A DNA stretch of 64,000 nucleotides, from the NCBI GenBank assembly GCA_018663505.1, contig JABJQG010000065.1, positions 3,315-67,314 of the forward strand, in the 5' to 3' direction. The stretch is from Pseudobdellovibrionaceae bacterium. GTDB taxonomy: Bacteria > Bdellovibrionota > Bdellovibrionia > Bdellovibrionales > UBA1609. Both the position numbers and the translations under genes were made by a program. Numbering within the stretch: position 1 is the stretch's first letter; each line of letters opens with the position of its first letter. This document shows, one piece after another, positions 9,943-18,871 of this stretch. A model generated the notes under the pieces. That model ran no database searches. It saw only the letters and a list, made by a program, of their open reading frames with translations, and had not been told where the DNA came from.

Positions 9943-10380
9943 ATGAGTTTATTAGAATCATTAAGCCCGAAAAAAGGCTCTACATATAAGTCAAAACGCA
10001 TAGGTCGAGGAAATGGCTCGGGTAAAGGTGGCACAGCTGGAAAAGGTCACAAAGGCCAAAAAGCTCGCGCCGGTGGATCTATTATTAGAGGATTTGAAGG
10101 TGGACAAACTCCGTTAGCGAGACGTTTACCTAAATTTGGTTTCTCCAATGTGAAGTTTACCACAAGATATGAAATCGTAAATTTAACTGAGCTTAACAAG
10201 TTTTCAGGTGACGTAACTATTGATGTTCTAAAAGAAAGTGGTTTGGTTAAAAAAGGACCAGTTAAAATTTTAGGAGAAGGTGAACTTACAGCCACTATTA
10301 ATATTTCAGCAAATAAATTTAGTAAATCTGCCCAAAAAGCTATCGAAGATAAGGGTGGTAAAGTAGAGGTAGTGAAATAG
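9943..10380 (+). CDS. rplO: 50S ribosomal protein L15
   Basis: KRIGRGNGSGKGGTAGKGHKGQKARAGG. ATG 9943 has GGAGAG upstream. The TTG at 9931 given by the ORF track is less likely. Confidence 0.94.
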   Translation: MSLLESLSPKKGSTYKSKRIGRGNGSGKGGTAGKGHKGQKARAGGSIIRGFEGGQTPLARRLPKFGFSNVKFTTRYEIVNLTELNKFSGDVTIDVLKESGLVKKGPVKILGEGELTATINISANKFSKSAQKAIEDKGGKVEVVK

Positions 10381-11699
10381 TGGCAACTCAACCAAAATTA
10401 GCAATCCCAACCGAGCTTAGAAACAGAATATTATTTACATTGGCAATTTTGGCAGTTTATCGCGTTGGAGTGGCTGTGCCTACTCCTGGAGTCGACGGAA
10501 CGGCTGTGTTAGAATTTTTTAAACAACAAAGTGGTGGTATTTTTGGTTTATTTAATACTTTCACTGGTGGCGCGTTAGAGAAATTTAGTGTTTTGGCATT
10601 AGGAATTATGCCATATATTTCTGCATCTATTATTTTTCAGCTACTACAGTCTGCGGTTCCATATTTAGAAGCATTAAAAAAAGAAGGCGATGCCGGTAGA
10701 AAGAAGATTAACCAATATACTAGATATGCAACAGTAGGATTAGCCATTGTTCAAGGTTATGCTATGGCGTCCTGGTTTGTTGGATCGTCCGCATCTGGAA
10801 CACCTTTGGTTAGAACACCCTATTTTGCAGGTATTCCATTTGAAATAATGACTACAATTACCTTAACTGCTGGCACATGCTTTATTATGTGGTTAGGTGA
10901 GCTAATTACAGAAAAAGGTATTGGTAATGGAGCAAGTTTAATAATTTTTGCAGGAATTGCAGCGGGAATTCCTTCAGGTACAATGAACCTTATTGAAATG
11001 GTTAAGTCTGGGGACATGAGTGGTGTTGTTGCATTAGCACTTGTTCTTGGTATGGTCGCAATTATTGGTGCTATTGTTTATGTGGAAGTTGCTCAGAGAA
11101 GAATACCTATCCAGTATTCCTCTCGCGGTGCTGGTAAACATGCAATGACACAGCAATCGTCACATTTACCTTTAAAAGTAAACTTCGCCAATGTTATACC
11201 CCCTATATTTGCATCTAGCATCTTGATGTTTCCAGCTACAATAGCCCAGTTTGTTGAGGCTCCGTGGGTGCAAAACATGCAAGAGCAGCTTACGCCTTCT
11301 GGATCTATTTATAATGTGTTTTTTGTGGGGTTAATTGTGTTCTTTTGTTTTTTCTATACTGAAATTCAGTTCAACCCTACAGAAGTAGCAGATAATTTAA
11401 AAAAATATGGAGGCTTTGTGCCTGGTGTACGCGCCGGTAAAAATACAGCGGATTATATTAAAAAGGTTTTAGATCGTTTAACAGTAAGTGGTGCTATTTA
11501 CTTGAGTGTGATTTGCATCTTGCCAACAATACTTATTGATAAAATGAATTTGCCTTTTTATTTTGGTGGCACAAGTTTGCTTATCCTAGTGGGTGTGGCC
11601 CTTGATACTAGTCAACAGATTCAATCTCACCTCATCACTGCTAAGTATGATGGCGTTGTTGGTGGTACAAAAATTAAAAGTAGAAGGGTTCGGTACTAA
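10380..11699 (+). CDS. secY: Preprotein translocase subunit SecY (GTG start, 1-nt overlap with the rplO stop)
   Basis: 439 aa, 10-TM pattern, ALGIMPYISASIIFQLL and GGTSLLILVGVALDT motifs. Confidence 0.97.
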   Translation: MATQPKLAIPTELRNRILFTLAILAVYRVGVAVPTPGVDGTAVLEFFKQQSGGIFGLFNTFTGGALEKFSVLALGIMPYISASIIFQLLQSAVPYLEALKKEGDAGRKKINQYTRYATVGLAIVQGYAMASWFVGSSASGTPLVRTPYFAGIPFEIMTTITLTAGTCFIMWLGELITEKGIGNGASLIIFAGIAAGIPSGTMNLIEMVKSGDMSGVVALALVLGMVAIIGAIVYVEVAQRRIPIQYSSRGAGKHAMTQQSSHLPLKVNFANVIPPIFASSILMFPATIAQFVEAPWVQNMQEQLTPSGSIYNVFFVGLIVFFCFFYTEIQFNPTEVADNLKKYGGFVPGVRAGKNTADYIKKVLDRLTVSGAIYLSVICILPTILIDKMNLPFYFGGTSLLILVGVALDTSQQIQSHLITAKYDGVVGGTKIKSRRVRY

Positions 11700-12338
11700 A
11701 TGAACGTAATACTTTTTGGTGCCCCAGGTGTAGGCAAAGGGACCCAGTCGTCTTTTTTAATTGATAAACTTGATATGAGACATATTAGCACAGGTGATTT
11801 GTTCCGCTATGCTATAAAGAACAAAACAACTTTGGGGCAAGAAGCTAGCAGGTATATGGATGAAGGTAAGTTAGTGCCCGATTCCATAGTGATTGGTATG
11901 GTAGAAGAAGTGCTTGAAAAGTTAAATGGACAAAATTTTATATTAGATGGTTTTCCAAGAACTGGCACTCAGGCTGAAGCGCTTGAGAACTTACTGAAAG
12001 TTTTTAAGCTTAATATTGGAAAGGTTATTTCAATTAAGGTTCCTGAGGATGTACTGATAGGAAGACTCACTGGCAGAAGAGTATGTAAAGGCTGTGGGGC
12101 TGTATTTCACCAAGAAGCTAAACCAACCCAAGAAGAGGGTGTTTGTGATTCTTGTGGTGGTGACGTAGTGCAAAGAAGTGATGATAAAGAAGATGTTATT
12201 CAGCAACGTCTTGAAGAATATGAAAATAATACAAAACCTGTTAAAGATTTTTATGAAAAACAGAGTAAGTTAGTAGAAGTTGATGGTTTAGGTTCTGCAG
12301 AGGAAGTGTTCGAAAGAATTCGCCAGTGTATACATTAA
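11700..12338 (+). CDS. adk: Adenylate kinase (Cys4 zinc-lid type)
   Basis: P-loop [10 protein letters not shown]. The lid reads CKGCG...CDSCGG. The gene starts immediately after the secY stop. Confidence 0.96.
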   Translation: MNVILFGAPGVGKGTQSSFLIDKLDMRHISTGDLFRYAIKNKTTLGQEASRYMDEGKLVPDSIVIGMVEEVLEKLNGQNFILDGFPRTGTQAEALENLLKVFKLNIGKVISIKVPEDVLIGRLTGRRVCKGCGAVFHQEAKPTQEEGVCDSCGGDVVQRSDDKEDVIQQRLEEYENNTKPVKDFYEKQSKLVEVDGLGSAEEVFERIRQCIH

Positions 12339-12407
12339 TTACCTGGACTTACAAATTATAGAGTGATATTTAAGAGTTTTTGTTTTTACAGAGCAATGGA
12401 GTAGAAA

Positions 12408-12521
12408 ATGAAGGTTAGACCCTCAGTTAAAAAGATATGTAATAAGTGTAAGATTATTAAAAGAAAAGGTGTTATTCGCGTAATTTGTGAAAACCCTAAA
12501 CATAAGCAAAGGCAGGGATAG
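12408..12521 (+). CDS. rpmJ: 50S ribosomal protein L36
   Basis: Not in the ORF track because it is under 60 aa. My translation is [37 protein letters not shown]. The stop lies 3 nt before the rpsM ATG. Confidence 0.92.
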   Translation: MKVRPSVKKICNKCKIIKRKGVIRVICENPKHKQRQG

Positions 12522-12524
12522 AGA

Positions 12525-12899
12525 ATGGCTCGTATTGCAGGTGTTGATTTACCCAGAAATAAGAGAATGGAAATTGCTTTAACTTATATTTATGGTATTG
12601 GACGTACTAGTGCTAAAAATATTTGTACAAAGTTAAACTTTGATCAATCTTTAAGAACAGATGCTCTAAATGAAGTGCAGTTAGCTGATCTACGAGCTCT
12701 TCTAGAGGGTGAGTACAAGGTTGAAGGTGATAAAAGACGTGAAGTTGGATTAAATTTGAAGCGCCTTATGGATTTAGGTTGCTATAGAGGCATTCGTCAT
12801 AGACGCGGACTTCCTTGTCGGGGACAAAGTACTCGTCAAAATGCAAGGACTCGAAAAGGACCTAAGAAAACAGTGGCAAATAAAAAGAAAGCTATTTAA
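12525..12899 (+). CDS. rpsM: 30S ribosomal protein S13
   Basis: [14 protein letters not shown]...[17 protein letters not shown]. Confidence 0.97.
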   Translation: MARIAGVDLPRNKRMEIALTYIYGIGRTSAKNICTKLNFDQSLRTDALNEVQLADLRALLEGEYKVEGDKRREVGLNLKRLMDLGCYRGIRHRRGLPCRGQSTRQNARTRKGPKKTVANKKKAI

Positions 12900-12971
12900 T
12901 TAAATAAGAGTTTTATTAATTATAATAGTTGTGGAAGATAATTAACAGATTTTAAAAGTACAGAGGATTAA

Positions 12972-13358
12972 ATGGCTGGCAAGAAGACAACAAAGAAGAA
13001 AGTAAAAAAGAACATCCCACATGGGCGTTGCTATATCTCAGCAGGTTTTGGGAATACGATTATTACTATTACAGACCCTAGTGGCGGAGCTGTTTGCTGG
13101 TCAACAGCTGGTGCATTGGGATTCAAAGGGAGCCGTAAAGGAACTCCTTTTGCTGCTCAAATGGCTGCTGAAGATGTTGCTAAAAAAGCGATTGAACAGG
13201 GGATGAAGTCTGTTGACGTATTTTTAACAGGTCCTGGAGCAGGAAGAGAACCTTCAATTAGAGCTCTAGCGGCAGCAGGAATGAGAGTGTCATCTTTTAG
13301 AGATATCACCCCTGTTCCTCATAATGGATGCAGACCACCTAAAAGAAGACGTATTTAA
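12972..13358 (+). CDS. rpsK: 30S ribosomal protein S11
   Basis: [21 protein letters not shown]...[16 protein letters not shown]. Confidence 0.97.
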   Translation: MAGKKTTKKKVKKNIPHGRCYISAGFGNTIITITDPSGGAVCWSTAGALGFKGSRKGTPFAAQMAAEDVAKKAIEQGMKSVDVFLTGPGAGREPSIRALAAAGMRVSSFRDITPVPHNGCRPPKRRRI

Positions 13359-13409
13359 TATTTTTATTTTATTTTTTTAAATTTTATATTTTGAATAGAG
13401 GAGATCATC

Positions 13410-14516
13410 TTGACAGAGTTAGTTTTACAAGATCATTACTATAAATTTTGGCGTGACCTGATTAGACCTAAGGGTTTTGAGGTAGACAAAAATTCACTTT
13501 CTGACAAGTATGGAAAGTTTACGATAAGTCCTCTGGAAAGAGGTTATGGAGTGACCCTAGGAAACTCTTTAAGAAGAGTACTTTTAAGTTCTATGATGGG
13601 TTCAGCAGTTACTGCTGTAAAATTTGAGGGCGTGTTGCATGAGTTCACAACTATTCCCGATATTTTAGAAGATGTTACTGATATTATTTTAAATTTAAGA
13701 CAAGTTAGATTTAGACAATATACATCTGAGCCAATTACACTTAGAATCCAGAAAAATGAAGCTGGGCCCGTTTTAGCTCGTGATATTCAGGTTAGTGATC
13801 AGGTTGAGGTTTTAAACCCCAATCATCATATTGCTACTGTGGGTGGTAATGGAAAGTTTGAAGCTGAAATCATAGTTGGTTTTGGTAGAGGCTTTGTTGA
13901 ATCAGATAAACATGAGTATGAGTTACCAGTTGGTTATATTTTTGTAGATGCTATGTTTAGCCCTATTAAAAAGGTCAATTATGTTGTTAACAATACACGA
14001 GTTGGTCAAAGAACTGATTATGATTCTTTGAGTTTTGAAGTATGGACTGATGGATCATTACGACCTGAAGAGTCTATGGCGTTGGCTTCTAAAATTATTA
14101 AAGAACAGCTTCAAATTTTTATGACTTTTGATGAAGGTTTAGAACCTACAGCTGAAGAAAGTTCTGTGAAAACTGAGCAGCTTAATGAAAACTTATTTAG
14201 ATCTGTGGATGATCTTGAGCTTTCTGTTAGAAGTGCGAACTGTCTTAAAAATGCAAATATCAGATTTATTGGTGAGCTTGTAACCAAGTCAGAAGCTGAA
14301 ATGCTTAAGACTAAGAACTTCGGACGCAAGTCTCTTAATGAGATTAAAGACATTTTAGTTCACATGGGATTAACTCTTGGAATGAAAATTGATGGATGGC
14401 CACCAGTAGGTTGGGACCCGAATACACATAACCCAGCCTCTATGAAGTCAGCAACTCAACAACAAGCTGTTGAGGAAGTTGAAGCTTCTACTGGTCAACC
14501 AAACGGTGAATATTAA
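13410..14516 (+). CDS. rpoA: DNA-directed RNA polymerase subunit alpha (TTG start, ~40-aa C-terminal tail)
   Basis: [15 protein letters not shown] in the NTD; [23 protein letters not shown] in the CTD. It follows rpsK after 51 nt, so there is no rpsD between them. Confidence 0.96.
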   Translation: MTELVLQDHYYKFWRDLIRPKGFEVDKNSLSDKYGKFTISPLERGYGVTLGNSLRRVLLSSMMGSAVTAVKFEGVLHEFTTIPDILEDVTDIILNLRQVRFRQYTSEPITLRIQKNEAGPVLARDIQVSDQVEVLNPNHHIATVGGNGKFEAEIIVGFGRGFVESDKHEYELPVGYIFVDAMFSPIKKVNYVVNNTRVGQRTDYDSLSFEVWTDGSLRPEESMALASKIIKEQLQIFMTFDEGLEPTAEESSVKTEQLNENLFRSVDDLELSVRSANCLKNANIRFIGELVTKSEAEMLKTKNFGRKSLNEIKDILVHMGLTLGMKIDGWPPVGWDPNTHNPASMKSATQQQAVEEVEASTGQPNGEY

Positions 14517-14549
14517 TTTTAAGTAAAACGATTAAAGAGAGAGTAAGTT

Positions 14550-15041
14550 ATGAGACATAAGGTTGTTAAACACTCATTTGGAAGAAAAACAGGGCCACGT
14601 AAGGCTTTAATCAGAGGGCTAGTTGAGGCTTTGGTTGAAAATGGTCGTATTAAAACTACGGTTGTTAAGGCTAAAGAATTGAGAAGACACGTTGAAAGAG
14701 CTGTAACATCTGGTAAGCCAGGAACAGTACATGCGAGACGTATTTTGCTAGCTAAGTACCCTAATAAAAATACAGTTGCAAAGCTTGTTGATGATATTAG
14801 TGTACGATTTAAAGATCGCCCTGGTGGATATACACGCATCATTAAGTTAGGTCCAAGACCTGGTGATATGGCAGATATGGCTTACATTGAGTTTGTTGAC
14901 TATGAAATTCCAGAAAATAGAGCTGAGTTAATTGAGGATATGGAAAGTAAAAAAGCTGAAGTTCATGCGAAGAAGCATAAGGCTCACAGAAAATCTGTTA
15001 GAAAAATGCAAAATGAATCTAGAAGAATAAACAGAGCTTAA
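14550..15041 (+). CDS. rplQ: 50S ribosomal protein L17 with a basic C-terminal extension
   Basis: MRHKVVKHSFGRKTGPRKAL...GGYTRIIKLGPRPGDMADMAYIEFV, followed by about 45 extra Lys/Arg/Glu-rich residues. Confidence 0.95.
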   Translation: MRHKVVKHSFGRKTGPRKALIRGLVEALVENGRIKTTVVKAKELRRHVERAVTSGKPGTVHARRILLAKYPNKNTVAKLVDDISVRFKDRPGGYTRIIKLGPRPGDMADMAYIEFVDYEIPENRAELIEDMESKKAEVHAKKHKAHRKSVRKMQNESRRINRA

Positions 15042-15070
15042 GTAAAGTTAAATAAGTTTGGTTTATTAAA

Positions 15071-15101
15071 AAAAGCAAGGTATGGTTACCTTGCTTTTTT
15101 T
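15071..15101 (+). terminator. Rho-independent terminator of the ribosomal/alpha operon
   Basis: AAAA-GCAAGGTA-TGGT-TACCTTGC-TTTTTTT: a perfect 8-bp stem, 4-nt loop and T-run, 30 nt after the rplQ stop. Confidence 0.85.
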
Positions 15102-15184
15102 ATTTGTATTTCTAGAGTCGTTAGATTTTTACGGATTGATATAGATATATAAGGTATGAAGTTTAACTCATAAGATAGGTCATC

Positions 15185-15763
15185 ATGAATAAAATTATTA
15201 AGCTAACAATACTGGTACTTATTCCTTTTGGAGTAATCTTTTCTTATTTTTACCTTAATAAGAAGAGTATTTTTGTTGCTGACAATGCACCAAAGTCATC
15301 CATTGTTCTGAACGATTTTGAGGAAAATGGTATTCCTGATTTTAAGTTTAAAGATGTAAATGGAAATGATTTTCAGTTGTCACAATTTCAAGGAAAGCTT
15401 TTGCTGTTAAATTTTTGGGCTACATGGTGTGACCCCTGTGTGGAGGAGTTTCCATCTATGTTGAGGCTAATAAAGCATTTTAAAGGTGAAATAGCTTTAG
15501 TAACCGTATCTTTGGACGAAAGCGAAGATGACCTAAATAAGTTTTTGAAAGTATTTAAGGTGGATCCAAAAAATCCTCCCAAAGGCTTGTACTTATTAAG
15601 GGACCCTGAAAAAATCATCTCCAAAAAATATCACTTAGTAGCTTTGCCTGAAACTTTTATAGCAACAAAAAAACTAAAAATGTTACGAAAGATTTCTGGA
15701 TCTGAAGACTGGGATAGTAAAATGGCCAGGTCCTTTTTTGAATCTTTATTAGAGGACAGGTAA
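15185..15763 (+). CDS. TlpA/ResA-like periplasmic thiol:disulfide oxidoreductase (membrane anchored)
   Basis: N-terminal TM helix; thioredoxin-fold motif LLNFWATWCDPCVEEFP (CxxC). Confidence 0.8.
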   Translation: MNKIIKLTILVLIPFGVIFSYFYLNKKSIFVADNAPKSSIVLNDFEENGIPDFKFKDVNGNDFQLSQFQGKLLLLNFWATWCDPCVEEFPSMLRLIKHFKGEIALVTVSLDESEDDLNKFLKVFKVDPKNPPKGLYLLRDPEKIISKKYHLVALPETFIATKKLKMLRKISGSEDWDSKMARSFFESLLEDR

Positions 15764-15905
15764 TACCTGCTTGCACGGAAATGTGAGGAACAGTTGGTTG
15801 TAATAACTTAGGGACAGCAAGCCTCTTCGCAACACCCAACGACTTTAATGATAAAAAAGCTATTTTTCAGTGATCCATATAAGTTAGGCCTGTAAGAAAA
15901 CCAAT

Positions 15906-17882
15906 TTAGAACTTAAATTTCTTTTTTAAATCTTCTAGTGCTTTTTTGCCTTTCTTTTCTAGGTTCTTTTTAGCTTTATTCTTTGCTTTATTTTTATTCA
16001 GATCTTTTGTGGCTTTGTTTTTTGCTGAGGTGACTTGTTTTTTTGATTTACTGATTTTGTTATCTATTTCTGACTTTACTTTACTAAACTCACCTGTGAG
16101 TTTTTCTCTTTCGGCGTTAATCTTATTGTCTACGTAATCTTTAATCTTTTTTCTTGCTTCATCAATTTTAGCCTGAAGTTGCTTTTTGAACCCTTTGGAA
16201 AGCTCAGATCCAAGGTTTGAGTTTATGTTCCACTTAATGTCAGACCAGCTTCCAGTAGCTTCTGATACTATTGTAACAAGCGGCATACCATTAACTACAT
16301 TAGTGAGAACCTCTTTGATATCTTTATTGTTACTAGCAATGTCATATTTAAGTTTAGTGAAGTAGTTTTTAGCTGTGATCTGGATTTTTGAGTCTTTCAT
16401 GACTCCTTTGATTTCTGATCGGCCATGGGCTTCACGTATTGCGAATTCAACAGAGTCGCTGCTTGATAGTTTTTTGTAGCCTAAAGGGAAGCTTTTAATA
16501 CTTGTGGATAAGGTATCCACGGCTTCGTCTTTTGTGTGATCAAGCGTTAGGTTGGCATCAATTCCAAAAATATTTTGATTTGGGAAATCTCCCTTTAAGG
16601 TGAAGATGGTGGGGATCCCTAGTGTAGTTGGAGATGAGGTTAAATTTGTTAATTCTCCCGTAAGGTCACCGCCAAATTCAGATTTTTCTGCTTTAGAACT
16701 TATTTTAGCATGTTTCAGCCAAAAAAGAGGGTAGCCTTTTTTCCTTGAGAAGTTATAGTTTCGACCATTTTGGCGTTTTGATGGGATGAGGTCTGGTTGT
16801 TTTTCGCTAGCTGTTTTTTTCGGTGGCATATATTTTTTTCCCATCTCAATATACTTGGCGTATCCAGCAATTCGTTCTTGAAACATTTTTCCAAATAATT
16901 TTTTAGAGAAACCTTTAGTGTCAATTTGTGGAATTTTAAATCTCTTTTGTAGGTCATTAATATCTTTATTAACTAAGGCTTCAATTTCTTTGATTGATGC
17001 GTTTAGTCCATTAATATCTTTGTTTAATCCTTTGCCTGTAGAGTTTACTAATTTAATTTGACGATCGGCATCTTTGATAATCTTATCTAAAGTTTTCAAA
17101 TCATTGGCAAACTGTTTAGGGTTCTTGGTATTAAATTTTAATTTTTTAATTTGAGTGTTTATTTTGTTAAGCTCCTTTTGATTTGGGAGTTCTTTTATTC
17201 TTTTATCCCAAAGAAGCTTTTTTTCATCTAACGCTTTTTGAATTTCATTTATTCGCTTTTCTGATTTAAGTTCAGAAGTAATTTTATTAAGTTGATCGTC
17301 ACTATTGGTTCCACCAAGAATATTAGCAATGTCTCCCAATACATTTTGGTCAAAATCACCTTTTGCTTGCTCTAACACTTTGCTTTCAACTTCTTTTAAG
17401 GCTTTGTTCGCTCCAGAAGGTTCTTCGCCGGGAGGGGTAGGTGGCACAACATATCCTACTTTAGCTCTTTTTGAGGCTACTAAAATATTTTCTATGGAAG
17501 CTTTTTCTACAACAAATTTTGCACGTAGCAGGGCATCCCAGACTAACTGAAATTTTATTTGCCCGATTTCTAAGAGGTTGTGAGTCGGTTTTTCTTTATT
17601 TGTTATTGCTAGGCCGTAAAGGTGAAAATATGCACCAAAAAAACTGGATTCTATTTTACTAATATTGACTTCAGCTCCGTGAACTTGTGTACCACCAAAT
17701 TCTAAGGCTGACTTTAGGTTGGAATCAAAAAGGAATTTGAAATATAAGAATACAGCCAGAATAACAACTACTACAGGGATGATGGCCTCTAGGCGAATGG
17801 GACCTTTTTGTTTATTTTTTTTATCAGATTTTTTATTTGAGTTTTCTTTTTTAATCTCTTGATCATTGGTGTTATCGCTCAT
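15906..17882 (-). CDS. Lys-rich single-pass membrane protein of unknown function; resembles the uncharacterised TIGR03545 family (assignment from memory)
   Basis: 658 aa. It has a basic N-terminal tail, one TM helix (AIIPVVVVILAVFLYFKFLF), long coiled-coil-like Lys/Glu-rich segments and a Lys-rich C-terminus. It lies immediately downstream of a TIGR03546-like gene. Confidence 0.55.
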   Translation of the reverse strand: MSDNTNDQEIKKENSNKKSDKKNKQKGPIRLEAIIPVVVVILAVFLYFKFLFDSNLKSALEFGGTQVHGAEVNISKIESSFFGAYFHLYGLAITNKEKPTHNLLEIGQIKFQLVWDALLRAKFVVEKASIENILVASKRAKVGYVVPPTPPGEEPSGANKALKEVESKVLEQAKGDFDQNVLGDIANILGGTNSDDQLNKITSELKSEKRINEIQKALDEKKLLWDKRIKELPNQKELNKINTQIKKLKFNTKNPKQFANDLKTLDKIIKDADRQIKLVNSTGKGLNKDINGLNASIKEIEALVNKDINDLQKRFKIPQIDTKGFSKKLFGKMFQERIAGYAKYIEMGKKYMPPKKTASEKQPDLIPSKRQNGRNYNFSRKKGYPLFWLKHAKISSKAEKSEFGGDLTGELTNLTSSPTTLGIPTIFTLKGDFPNQNIFGIDANLTLDHTKDEAVDTLSTSIKSFPLGYKKLSSSDSVEFAIREAHGRSEIKGVMKDSKIQITAKNYFTKLKYDIASNNKDIKEVLTNVVNGMPLVTIVSEATGSWSDIKWNINSNLGSELSKGFKKQLQAKIDEARKKIKDYVDNKINAEREKLTGEFSKVKSEIDNKISKSKKQVTSAKNKATKDLNKNKAKNKAKKNLEKKGKKALEDLKKKFKF

Positions 17883-17885
17883 AGT

Positions 17886-17962
17886 GTTATCCTGTTATCC
17901 TGTTATCCTGTTATCCTGTTATCCTGTTATCCTGTTATCCTGTTATCCTGTTATCCTGTTAT
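17886..17962 (-). repeat. Perfect tandem octanucleotide repeat: (GTTATCCT)x9 plus a partial unit, which reads (AGGATAAC)n on the coding strand
   Basis: Read directly from the sequence. It fills the leader immediately upstream of the ATG at 17882, and the last unit supplies AGGA 7 nt before the ATG. Confidence 0.95.
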
Positions 17963-18019
17963 TTGCTAATCACTTTTAGCTGAGATGGTTCAGTCGCCTT
18001 AATTAATTTGAGACTAAGT

Positions 18020-18544
18020 TTACCCATATAGTGAATCGTATTTAGCATACCATTTGTAGAAGCCTGTTGCTTTTACCACTTTCCAAAATTTGCTTTCTTG
18101 AAATTTTTTGAGAACCTTTTCTCTATATTTTTGAATAAGTGTTTTAGCTAAAATAAAAATAATTGGTGCTAAAATAATTGAAAGTATTGCTGATCCCATT
18201 ACAATACTGTTGTTGAAGCGTGTGAATGGGATGATTGGAAGGTTGTACAGAGTTGTGTAGAGGCCCTTTAGTCCATCAACCTCTAAAGCCAATGATCCTA
18301 TGCTATGAAATGTTGGATCTAAGAGGTAGGCCATGAATTTAAAAAAGAATGCAGCTAAAAATGCGGCACCAATTTGAATACGGAATAAAAATAATAAAAC
18401 AAAAACTAAAAGTGTTTGCAAAGAAAACGATGGGGTCATGCCAAGGATGAAGCCTACCATGATTCCAGAGGCCAGTTGATTTGTACCTGTGTCAGAGTTT
18501 AGAAGTTTTAAAAAACCAAAGATTTGTTTTAACAGAAGGGTCAT
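18020..18544 (-). CDS. Small polytopic membrane protein; resembles the uncharacterised TIGR03546/DUF2062-like family (assignment from memory)
   Basis: About 174 aa with 3-4 predicted TM helices. ATG 18544 is preceded by GGAGA (AAAAAC spacer). The track start at 18556 is less likely. Confidence 0.55.
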   Translation of the reverse strand: MTLLLKQIFGFLKLLNSDTGTNQLASGIMVGFILGMTPSFSLQTLLVFVLLFLFRIQIGAAFLAAFFFKFMAYLLDPTFHSIGSLALEVDGLKGLYTTLYNLPIIPFTRFNNSIVMGSAILSIILAPIIFILAKTLIQKYREKVLKKFQESKFWKVVKATGFYKWYAKYDSLYG

Positions 18545-18871
18545 GTTTTTCTCCATAAATAATTGTTTTCATTATGTTAACTTGCTTAGATGTAAGGTCA
18601 AGAGTTGACTAATAATGTGCTATACTTGAGGCTAAGACTTTGATTCTGATCGAAAAGATGCTTAGTAAAAAGGCACAATGTTCTGGTTTAGAGTCAGGAA
18701 GTTCATTGTCTGTTTAAAAGACTTATATTCAATCCATCTTTGTTTTATGCAAATAAATATTAAAGAACTCTAAGGTTGGTCTAATAAAAGACTTTTAGTA
18801 GAAGGTCATTAGCAGATTGATTTTCAGGGTATTGTTGCCTATGTTAGACTGGTATTACCTGGAGGCATTAG

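Noticed and set aside
17886-17962. The octamer array as a CRISPR or minisatellite-type locus.
   Set aside because: The units are 8 nt and directly abutting, with no spacers, so it is a simple tandem repeat. It is reported as such.
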